NCBI GenBank assembly: GCA_965651365.1
Contig: CBFGSA010000001.1
Span: 1-60,044, forward strand
DNA: 60,044 nucleotides
Direction: 5' to 3'
Source: an uncultured Rhodanobacteraceae bacterium
Lineage (GTDB): Bacteria > Pseudomonadota > Gammaproteobacteria > Xanthomonadales > Rhodanobacteraceae
Part shown: one piece after another, positions 1 through 7,258 of the stretch
Layout: the number at the start of each line of letters is the position of its first letter
How positions within the stretch are numbered: the first letter of the stretch is position 1
The notes under the pieces: model-generated
The model's database searches: none
Told to the model about the DNA's origin: nothing
What the model saw: only the letters and a program-made list of their open reading frames with translations
Made by a program: the position numbers and the translations under genes

Positions 1-25
1 CCGATTCCCGATTCCCGGTTCCCGG
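1..25. repeat. 7-nt periodic array (CCGATTC CCGATTC CCGGTTC CCGG) directly 3' of the ETF-QO stop codon; truncated by the window edge
   Basis: Read directly. Same CCCGA-type heptamer family as 3964-4026, 33119-33150 and 35862-35882. Confidence 0.7.
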
Positions 26-31
26 CGCGCA

Positions 32-1666
32 CTACAAATTCTGGTAGTTGGGCCCAGCGCCGCCTTCGGGGGTGACCCAGTTGATGATTTCGTAGGGGTC
101 CTTGATGTCGCAGGTCTTGCAGTGGACGCAGTTGGCGGCGTTGATCTGCAGGCGCTTGCCGTGCGGCTGGTCGGCGTCTTCCACCATTTCGTACACGCTG
201 GCCGGGCAGAAGCGGGTGCAGGGGTTGTCGTATTCCTCGACGCAGCGGCCGACGCAGATGTCCGGATCGAGAATCTGCAGATGCACCGGCTGATCTTCGT
301 CGTGTTCGGTGGCGGCGAAGTAGACACCGGCCAGGCGATCGCGCGGCGGCAGGCTGCGCTCGATCCAGTGGCGGTCGGGTGCGGTGAACTCGTCGAGCTT
401 TTGCATCGCCGACCAGTCCGCGTGGTTTTTCAGCGTCCATGGCGACAGGCCGAAGGTGGCGGTTTCCCACATCGCGTTGGCCAGGCCGGTCCACATGCCC
501 TTGTGGAAGCCGGGGCGGATATTGCGCACTTTCTTCAGTTCTGCCATGACCGGCGAGGCACGCAGCGCGGCGTCGAAGCCTTGCGGGGTTTCGTTCTGCG
601 CCAGATGTTCGGCAGCCAGCATGCCGGAACGCATGGCCTGATGGGTGCCCTTGATCTTGGGCACGTTCAGGAGTCCGGCGCTGTCGCCGATCAGCAGGGC
701 ACCCGGCATCTCGCATTTGGGCAGTGACTGATAACCGCCCTCGATCAGCGCGCGCGCGCCGGCGGAGAGGATTTCGCCGCCTTCGAGCAATGCCTTGATC
801 TTCTTGTGGTTCTTGAGTTGCTGGAAAGCCTCCCACGGCTTGAATTCCGGGTCGGCGTAGTCCAGCCCGGCCACGAAGCCGATGGCCAGGCGGTTTTCGT
901 CGAGGTGGTACATGAAGCTGCCGCCGTAGGTCATCGTGTCCAGCGGCCAGCCCAGGGTGTGCACGATCTTGCCCGGCTCGACGCGGCCCTCGGGCAGTTG
1001 CCACAGCTCCTTGATGCCGATGCCGTAGGTCTGCGGATCGCTGTCGGCATCCAGCGCAAATTTCTTGATGAGCTGTTTGCTGAGGTGGCCGCGACAGCCC
1101 TCGGCCAGCACCGTGATCGGCGCCAGGATGTCGATGCCCTGGGTGTAGCCGGCTTTGTGCGATCCATCCCTGGCCACGCCCATGTCGCCGATGCGCACTC
1201 CGCCGACCGAGCCGTCTTCGTTGAAAAACGGTTCGGCCGCCGCGAAGCCGGGGAAAATGTCCACGCCCAGTGCTTCGGCCTGCGGCGCCAGCCACCCACA
1301 CAGGGCACCCAGGCTGACAATGAAGTTGCCCTCGTTATGCATCTGCGGCGGTGTGATCGGTGCCTTGATGGCGCGCTCGCCGTCGCGCAGCAGCCAGAAC
1401 TCATCTTGCTTGGCCGGCACACAGATTGGCGGCGGCTGCTTGCGCCAATCGGGCAGCAGGGCGTCCAGCGGCTCGGGCTCGATCACGGCCCCGGAAAGGA
1501 TGTGCGCGCCGACCGTGGCGCCTTTTTCGATCACGCAGATGTTGCAGTCCGGCTTGAGCTGTTTCATGCGGATGGCAAAGGCCAGTCCGGCCGGGCCGGC
1601 ACCGACCGTGACGATGTCGTATTGCATCGATTCGCGTTCGCTCATGAGGTCTTCCGAGGTTTGCAT
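32..1666 (-). CDS. electron transfer flavoprotein-ubiquinone oxidoreductase (ETF-QO)
   Basis: N-terminal FAD fold DIVTVGAGPAGL. C-terminal 4Fe-4S region CVHCKTCDIKDP...NWVTPEGGAGPNY is typical of ETF-QO. Start could also be Met8 (1645). Confidence 0.9.
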   Translation of the reverse strand: MQTSEDLMSERESMQYDIVTVGAGPAGLAFAIRMKQLKPDCNICVIEKGATVGAHILSGAVIEPEPLDALLPDWRKQPPPICVPAKQDEFWLLRDGERAIKAPITPPQMHNEGNFIVSLGALCGWLAPQAEALGVDIFPGFAAAEPFFNEDGSVGGVRIGDMGVARDGSHKAGYTQGIDILAPITVLAEGCRGHLSKQLIKKFALDADSDPQTYGIGIKELWQLPEGRVEPGKIVHTLGWPLDTMTYGGSFMYHLDENRLAIGFVAGLDYADPEFKPWEAFQQLKNHKKIKALLEGGEILSAGARALIEGGYQSLPKCEMPGALLIGDSAGLLNVPKIKGTHQAMRSGMLAAEHLAQNETPQGFDAALRASPVMAELKKVRNIRPGFHKGMWTGLANAMWETATFGLSPWTLKNHADWSAMQKLDEFTAPDRHWIERSLPPRDRLAGVYFAATEHDEDQPVHLQILDPDICVGRCVEEYDNPCTRFCPASVYEMVEDADQPHGKRLQINAANCVHCKTCDIKDPYEIINWVTPEGGAGPNYQNL

Positions 1667-1749
1667 TTACAGCTGATTGTCGGGCTTCACGCGCGCAACG
1701 GCAAATGTGTTCGTGGCGTGGCTGTGGCGCATGGGCCATAATCGCGCGA

Positions 1750-3147
1750 ATGAATGATCGTCCGAAGTCCTCACAACTCCCATTGCGCGGCGCCGATGTA
1801 TGCCAGAGCCTGCACTGGCTGGCGATGGGCCACTGCAATCCGGAAGAACTGACCGCGAGCTATCTTGATGCGGTCGAGCGCATCAATCCGCAACTCAATG
1901 CGTACGTCGATGTGCGCCCGGCTTTGGTACGCGACCAGGCCGAGGGTGCGGCACGCCGCCGTGCCAAGGGTGTGCTGGGGCGGCTCGACGGCATTCCGGT
2001 GGCGGTCAAGGACAATATCGATGTGGCCGGCTGGCCCACGCGGGCCGGTCTGCCGGGACGCGACGAACGCACGGCACGCAATGATGCCCAGGTGGTATCG
2101 CGTCTGCGTGCCGCCGGTGCGGTGCTGGTGGGCAAGACCAACCTCGACGAAGGTGCCTTGGGTGCGGTGACCAACAATCCGCACTTCGGTGCCACGCACA
2201 ATCCGTTCCGTCATGGTTATACCGCGGGCGGTTCTTCCGGCGGTTCGGCGGCGGCGGTTGCAGCCGGGCTCGCGTCGGTGGCGATCGGCAGCGACAGCCT
2301 GGGGTCGGTACGTATTCCGGCCAGCTATTGCGGACTATGCGCATTGAAGCCGACCCACGGCGAAATTTCCACACGCGGCATGTTGCCGGCCGCGCGGCGG
2401 CTTGATGCGGTTGGCGTGCTGGCGCGCAGCGTGGCCGATCTTACCGTGCTGTTGCAGGTACTGGGTGGCTACGACGCCGACGACCCGCGTTCGCGGCGCC
2501 GTCGCGTGGCATTGGCGACGCCGGACTGGGAGCCGGGTCGGCTGCGCACGGGCGTGCTGGCCGAGCTCGAATCGGTTGGCGTGGATGATGCGGTGGCAAC
2601 GGTGTTCAGTGAAGCGGTTGAGCGTTTGCAGCATGAGCTGGGTCAGCAGCACGAAGTGGATTTCTCCGACTGGCCGCTGGCGCGCGCCCGCCGCGCCGGC
2701 CTGCTGCTGATGGAAGCGGAGATGTGCAATACCTTCGCAGATGACCTTGCCGACGTCGACAAACCGGTGTCGGATGGCTTTCGCAAGATGCTGGATTGGG
2801 CTGCCCGGCGCAGCGCCCCGGAATATGTGGCTGCCGATCGCGTGCTGGATGCAGCGCGGCTCAAGGCCCGGCGCCTGTTTGCGCGCATCGATGTGCTGGT
2901 CACCCCGACCACGCCGCAGACGGCCTTTGCGCTGGATGGGCCGGTGCCCGATTCCCAGGCCGACCTGACCAGCTTCGCCAGCCTGGCGGCCTGTCCGGCG
3001 GTCAGCATTCCGATGGGCATGGTCGACGGCCTGCCGGTGGGCATGCAGTTTGTGGGCCCACCGGGATCGGACCTGCGCCTGCTGGAACTGGCCAGCGTGT
3101 GCGCGGCGGCGCTGGACAGCACGCCCGAATTCCCGGTGCATTCGTAA
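1750..3147 (+). CDS. amidase (amidase-signature family, GatA-like)
   Basis: Amidase signature GGSSGGSAAAVAAG and catalytic-Ser context GSDSLGSVRIPA. ATG at 1750 preferred over the ORF-track start at 1705. Confidence 0.85.
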   Translation: MNDRPKSSQLPLRGADVCQSLHWLAMGHCNPEELTASYLDAVERINPQLNAYVDVRPALVRDQAEGAARRRAKGVLGRLDGIPVAVKDNIDVAGWPTRAGLPGRDERTARNDAQVVSRLRAAGAVLVGKTNLDEGALGAVTNNPHFGATHNPFRHGYTAGGSSGGSAAAVAAGLASVAIGSDSLGSVRIPASYCGLCALKPTHGEISTRGMLPAARRLDAVGVLARSVADLTVLLQVLGGYDADDPRSRRRRVALATPDWEPGRLRTGVLAELESVGVDDAVATVFSEAVERLQHELGQQHEVDFSDWPLARARRAGLLLMEAEMCNTFADDLADVDKPVSDGFRKMLDWAARRSAPEYVAADRVLDAARLKARRLFARIDVLVTPTTPQTAFALDGPVPDSQADLTSFASLAACPAVSIPMGMVDGLPVGMQFVGPPGSDLRLLELASVCAAALDSTPEFPVHS

Positions 3148-3172
3148 CGCCATTGCCGGGGCAGCGAAAGGC

Positions 3173-3369
3173 CGTCATCCTGGGGCCGACCGCAGGCCGG
3201 CGCGTTGGAAGCGGGAAACCCGGGATCCATTGTCAAGAATGCTGATACCCGTGCAGCCCGTTGGTTTTGCACAAAATCAAAATGGGTCCCGGGTTCCTCG
3301 CTGCGCTCGGCCCCAGGACGACGTGCGGTGTGGGTCCCGGGTTCCTTGCTGCGCTCGGTTCCAGGACGG
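3173..3369. repeat. three copies of a ~40-55 bp REP-type element (one inverted at 3173-3228, two direct at 3284-3323 and 3332-3369)
   Basis: GGGTCCCGGGTTCCTCGCTGCGCTCGGCCCCAGGACGACG occurs twice in tandem. Its reverse complement (CGTCATCCTGGGGCCGA...CCCGGGATCC) lies upstream. Confidence 0.8.
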
Positions 3370-3373
3370 TGGA

Positions 3374-3952
3374 TTACGCGAAGTCTTCGGCCAGTGCCTG
3401 CTGCTGCGATTTGTCGAGTTGTGTCGATACTTCAAGCGCGGGATGCGCGCTGCGCAGGGTGACTGCGGCGCCCTGGCGCCAGTTGGCAATCATCGCCGCG
3501 TCGAACTCGAAGCGCAGAAAATGCACTGCGGTGGTTTTCTCGTCATTGCCGCGCGTCAGGTCCTCGTCGGCGATGGCGGTGACCGGATCGTGGCCGGCGA
3601 CCTGAAACTGCAGTTTGTTCTCGATGCCGCGCAGGCGCACCAGCGCCTGGCGGCGCTCGTCCACGTCGTCGTACTCGATCAGCAATGTCGCCTTGAGGTT
3701 GCGGCCGTCGGGGATCAGCGGATTGTAGGTATCCAGTTCCTCCTGGATCGCGGCGGCCTCGAAGATGCGCTCGGCACGCAGCATTTCCTGCACCTGGTAC
3801 TGGATCGTCAGCTTGTCCTCGAACAGGAAGGTGAGGTGCTCGCCCACGTGCACGGTGCGCCGCTTCTTGTGTGCCATGACGCGGGCACGGAAGTCGTTGC
3901 GCTGGTCGGCGTAGTGTTCGAGGCTGAGCAGGTCTTGGCGGGTCAGGATCAT
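3374..3952 (-). CDS. DUF3501 family protein
   Basis: MILTRQDLLSLEHYADQRNDFRARVMAHKKRRTVHVGEHLTFLFED...IQEELDTYNPLIPDG matches the DUF3501 pattern as I recall it. Last gene of the rubrerythrin/Fe-S operon. Start moved to the internal ATG at 3952. Confidence 0.75.
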   Translation of the reverse strand: MILTRQDLLSLEHYADQRNDFRARVMAHKKRRTVHVGEHLTFLFEDKLTIQYQVQEMLRAERIFEAAAIQEELDTYNPLIPDGRNLKATLLIEYDDVDERRQALVRLRGIENKLQFQVAGHDPVTAIADEDLTRGNDEKTTAVHFLRFEFDAAMIANWRQGAAVTLRSAHPALEVSTQLDKSQQQALAEDFA

Positions 3953-3963
3953 TGTGGCGGCAT

Positions 3964-4026
3964 TCGGGACTCGGGACTCGGGACTCGGGACTCGGTGCGC
4001 GAGAGCGGGCAAATCCCGAATCCCGA
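3964..4026 (-). repeat. heptamer-array hairpin: (TCGGGAC)x4 at 3964-3991 facing (ATCCCGA)x2 at 4013-4026
   Basis: Read directly. The arms pair fully only in the minus-strand RNA (the seventh position is a U-G wobble there and a C-A mismatch on the plus strand). The element fills the gap between the Fe-S gene stop (4028) and the DUF3501 start (3952). Confidence 0.75.
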
Positions 4027-4027
4027 C

Positions 4028-5371
4028 CTACAGGTCATAGGCGATACGGAGCAGGGTCAGCGGATGTTCGTTGGGCGGATGATCGTCGAGGCCGTGGGCG
4101 ATGTGGCTGCCGGCCATGGGGCAGTCGCTGGTGAAGTGGTCTGGCTCGGCAGCGGCGATGCGCTTTTCGACCGGCCTGGCGATCTTGCGCGACAGCGCGT
4201 AGGTGGACTTCTTGACGCCGTAGGTGCCGTCGTGACCCGAGCAGCGCTCGATGGTGACGATCTCGGTATTCGGGACCAACTCGAACACCTCGCGGGTCTT
4301 GGGGCCGATCTTCTGCACGCGCTGGTGGCAGGCAACGTGCCAGGCGATCTTGCCCAGGGGCTTGGCAAAGTCGGTCTTCAGCAGGCCGTCCCTGTGCCGC
4401 AACATCAGGTACTCGAACGGATCAAAGATGTGCTCGCGCACCAGCGCCACGTCCTCGTCACCGGGGAACATCAACGGAAGTTCCTGCTTGAACATCAAAA
4501 TGCAGGACGGAATCGGTGCGCTGATGTCCCATCCGGCGCGGATCATTCGCGCCAGCTCCGGGATGTTGCGCTGCTTGTACTTCTTCACCGTTTCCAGGTC
4601 GCCCAGTTCCATCTTGGGCATGCCGCAGCAGGCCTCTGATTCGACCAGTTTTACCGGGATGTCATTGTGCGCAAACACGGCAGCCATGTCCTCGACGGCG
4701 CCGGGCAGCGAGTGGTCGCAATAACAGGTGGCGAAGATGGCCAGCTTGCCGCGGGTACGACCAGCGGGCTTTGCGTCGCCGGCACCGTCAAGGCCTTGCA
4801 GGCGCTGGCGGGCAGTGGGGTGGTGGTAGGCCGGCACTCTAGCGTCGGCGTCCACGCCCAGGGTTTTTTCCAGCAGCTTGCGCGCCGGCTTGTTGCGATT
4901 GGCTGCGTTGACCGTCTGCACCACCACGGGAATCGAAGCCAGCTTGCCTACGGTGCGGGTGTTGGAAAGGATGCGTGCCGACAGCGGTGCGCCCTCGCGC
5001 CGGAAGTGTGCGGCCTTGGCGCGCAGCATCAGATGCGGAAAATCCACGTTCCACGGATGCGGCGGCACGTAGGGGCACTTGGTCTGGTAGCACAGGTCGC
5101 ACAGGTAGCACTGCTCGACCACCTTGGAGTAGTCGGCCTTGTCGACACCGTCGACTTCCATGGTTTCCGATTCGTCCACCAGGTCGAACAGGGTTGGAAA
5201 GGCATGGCACAGGCTGACGCAACGGCGACAGCCGTGGCAGATGTCGAAGATGCGTTCCATCTCCGCTTCCAGCGCGGTCTGGTCGCAGAACTCCGGCTCG
5301 GTCCACGCCAGCGGGTGGCGCGTGGGCGCCTCCAGATTGCCTTCGCGGGTGGATTCGGATGCTTCAGCCAT
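4028..5371 (-). CDS. (Fe-S)-binding protein, HdrD/GlpC-like (two 4Fe-4S ferredoxin motifs plus two CCG domains)
   Basis: CHGCRRCVSLC and CYLCDLCYQTKCP cluster motifs. Cys-rich CCG-type motifs CCGMP and CSGHDG. Confidence 0.85.
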   Translation of the reverse strand: MAEASESTREGNLEAPTRHPLAWTEPEFCDQTALEAEMERIFDICHGCRRCVSLCHAFPTLFDLVDESETMEVDGVDKADYSKVVEQCYLCDLCYQTKCPYVPPHPWNVDFPHLMLRAKAAHFRREGAPLSARILSNTRTVGKLASIPVVVQTVNAANRNKPARKLLEKTLGVDADARVPAYHHPTARQRLQGLDGAGDAKPAGRTRGKLAIFATCYCDHSLPGAVEDMAAVFAHNDIPVKLVESEACCGMPKMELGDLETVKKYKQRNIPELARMIRAGWDISAPIPSCILMFKQELPLMFPGDEDVALVREHIFDPFEYLMLRHRDGLLKTDFAKPLGKIAWHVACHQRVQKIGPKTREVFELVPNTEIVTIERCSGHDGTYGVKKSTYALSRKIARPVEKRIAAAEPDHFTSDCPMAGSHIAHGLDDHPPNEHPLTLLRIAYDL

Positions 5372-5424
5372 GACGGTGCTCCGGCATTAGAGTACGCGTG
5401 GGCCTGCGCGTACACTTGTCGCGT

Positions 5425-5507
5425 GAGCGGAAAGTGGTAAGCGGTAAGCCGTGGGCGGAAAAGCGGGTACTGGCTCCGCTCACCGCTTACGGCTCTCCGC
5501 TTTCGGG
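5425..5507 (-). repeat. imperfect inverted arrays of a second heptamer family (AAGCGGT/GAGCGGA type) between the rubrerythrin and Fe-S genes
   Basis: Left arm is GAGCGGA AAGTGGT AAGCGGT AAGCCGT GGGCGGA. Right arm is CTCCGCT CACCGCT TACGGCT CTCCGCT. Most mismatches are transitions. Confidence 0.6.
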
Positions 5508-5514
5508 CAACGCC

Positions 5515-5937
5515 TCAGGCGTTCAACTCGCCCAGCGCCTTGGTGAAGCGGTTGGCGTGCGAGCGTTCGGCTTTGGCCAGGGTCTCGAACCAGTCGGCGA
5601 TCTCGTCGAAGCCTTCCTCGCGTGCAGCCTTGGCCATACCCGGATACATGTCGGTGTATTCGTGGGTCTCGCCGGCGATGGCGCTCTTGAGGTTGGCCTC
5701 GGTGCCGCCGAACGGCTCGCCGGTGGCCGGGTCGCCGACCTCTTCCAGGTATTCCATGTGGCCGTGGGCGTGGCCGGTCTCGCCTTCGGCGGTGGAGCGG
5801 AATACGGCCGAGACATCGTTGTAGCCTTCCACGTCCGCCTTGCTGGCGAAATACAGGTAGCGGCGGTTGGCCATCGACTCGCCGGCAAAGGCGTCCTTCA
5901 GGTTCTGCTCGGTCTTCGAGCCCTTCAGATTGCTCAT
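5515..5937 (-). CDS. rubrerythrin-family protein (erythrin type, no rubredoxin domain)
   Basis: [24 protein letters not shown]...[14 protein letters not shown]...[13 protein letters not shown] gives the diiron ExxH motifs in a four-helix-bundle pattern. Confidence 0.9.
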   Translation of the reverse strand: MSNLKGSKTEQNLKDAFAGESMANRRYLYFASKADVEGYNDVSAVFRSTAEGETGHAHGHMEYLEEVGDPATGEPFGGTEANLKSAIAGETHEYTDMYPGMAKAAREEGFDEIADWFETLAKAERSHANRFTKALGELNA

Positions 5938-6034
5938 GATGTCACCTCGTACAATGGGAACAAGGGTTCAGCGGCAATGAGCGGGCGCATGGCCGCTTGC
6001 ATCAAGCCTACGCTTATTCCCTGTGGCTGGCAAA

Positions 6035-6071
6035 ATTGATTGTATGTATCGTGCTGATAGTCAATGTCTAT
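6035..6071. promoter_or_regulatory. putative OxyR operator upstream of the rubrerythrin operon
   Basis: ATTG-N7-GTAT-N7-ATAG-N7-CTAT matches 14 of 16 defined positions of the OxyR consensus ATAG-N7-CTAT-N7-ATAG-N7-CTAT. It lies in an AT-rich patch about 100-135 nt upstream of the rubrerythrin start, next to oxyR. Confidence 0.5.
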
Positions 6072-6204
6072 TAACGAGATATCAATGCCGAGCCACCCAG
6101 GTGGTTCTTGCCGGTGAGCGCTGAGCCGTCAGCGGAACCGTCATCTGCTTTTTCCGCGAACCGCTCACCCCTGGCGTGCACACCTTCGCGGGCATGGTCC
6201 GCTC

Positions 6205-7143
6205 CTACATTTTTGTCTTCACGGCACGATTTGCGGTGGCGTGCGCGTCCAGCAGTTCGGGTGGCAATTGCCGGATCACGGCCGCCAGGCTGAGCAGAAA
6301 TTCGTGCTGCGCCGAGCTCTTGCGCCATACCATGGCCAGGCGGCGGTGCGGCGGCGGCGCGGCAAACTCGACCAGGTGCACATTGTCCACCCGCGCCACG
6401 GGCGGGTTGACCGCCAGGGTCGGCAGCAGGGTGATGCCGACATCGGCGGCCACCATCTGGCGCAGGGTTTCCAGGCTGGTGGCGCGAAAACCGCGGCGCT
6501 CGCCGGCGCCAGCCAGGTGGCAGACCTCCAGTGCCTGGTCACGCAGGCAATGGCCGTCTTCGAGCAGGAGCAGGCTTTCATTGGCCAGGTCAGCCAGTTT
6601 CAGCCGCTTGCGTCGGGCCAGCGGGTGTGAATCCGGTACCGCGAGAAGAAAGGGTTCCTCGAACAGCAGTTCCTGATGCAGGCTGTCCTCGTGGATCGGC
6701 AAGGCCAGAATGCCCGCATCCAGTCGGCCTGCCCGCAGCCGTTCCAGCACCACTTCGGTCTTCTCCTCCACCAGCAGCAGCTCCAGGCGTGGAAAGGCCT
6801 TGTGCACCAGCGGCACCACGTGCGGCAAAAGATAGGGTCCCAGTGTCGGGAAGATGCCCAGCCGTACCGTACCCGACTCCGGGTCGCGGGTGCGGCGCGC
6901 AATCGCCCGGATCTGGTCCGCCTCGTGCAGCACGTCACGGGCGCGCCTGGTGATTTCCTCGCCGACCTCGGTCAGGAGGATATTGCGCGGTGCACGCTCG
7001 ACCAGGGTCACGCCCAGCTCGTCCTCCAGCTTGCGGATCTGGGTCGACAGCGTCGGCTGGCTGACGAAACAGGCCTCGGCCGCGCGGCCAAAGTGCTTGT
7101 GTTCGGCCAGCGCCACCAGATAACGCAGATCTCTGAGGTTCAC
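6205..7143 (-). CDS. oxyR: LysR-family peroxide-sensing transcriptional regulator OxyR
   Basis: N-terminal HTH MNLRDLRYLVALAEHKHFGRAAEACFVSQPTLSTQIRKLE. Redox cysteine pair in LLLLEDGHCLRDQALEVC (equivalent to Cys199/Cys208). Confidence 0.9.
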   Translation of the reverse strand: MNLRDLRYLVALAEHKHFGRAAEACFVSQPTLSTQIRKLEDELGVTLVERAPRNILLTEVGEEITRRARDVLHEADQIRAIARRTRDPESGTVRLGIFPTLGPYLLPHVVPLVHKAFPRLELLLVEEKTEVVLERLRAGRLDAGILALPIHEDSLHQELLFEEPFLLAVPDSHPLARRKRLKLADLANESLLLLEDGHCLRDQALEVCHLAGAGERRGFRATSLETLRQMVAADVGITLLPTLAVNPPVARVDNVHLVEFAAPPPHRRLAMVWRKSSAQHEFLLSLAAVIRQLPPELLDAHATANRAVKTKM

Positions 7144-7258
7144 CGCAAGTCTCCGAGCCGTATGCTTCGCCTACGATAGCAACAATCGTGACTTCTGGGC
7201 GGTGCGAAGGGCAGGGCAGGCGGACTAGGCTGCACGCATACCGTTCCGGAGATCCGTG

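Noticed and set aside
3964-3991. Possibility that the short tandem arrays (here, at 33119 and at 58152) are CRISPR-like arrays.
   Set aside because: The units are 7 nt with no spacers, and there is no leader or cas gene. They are microsatellite-like heptamer arrays, not CRISPRs.
7160-7185. Possible OxyR autoregulatory site (GATAGCAACAATCGTG) upstream of oxyR.
   Set aside because: Only one ATAG element and a poor partner are present. This is much weaker than the 6035-6071 site and is not reported as a feature.
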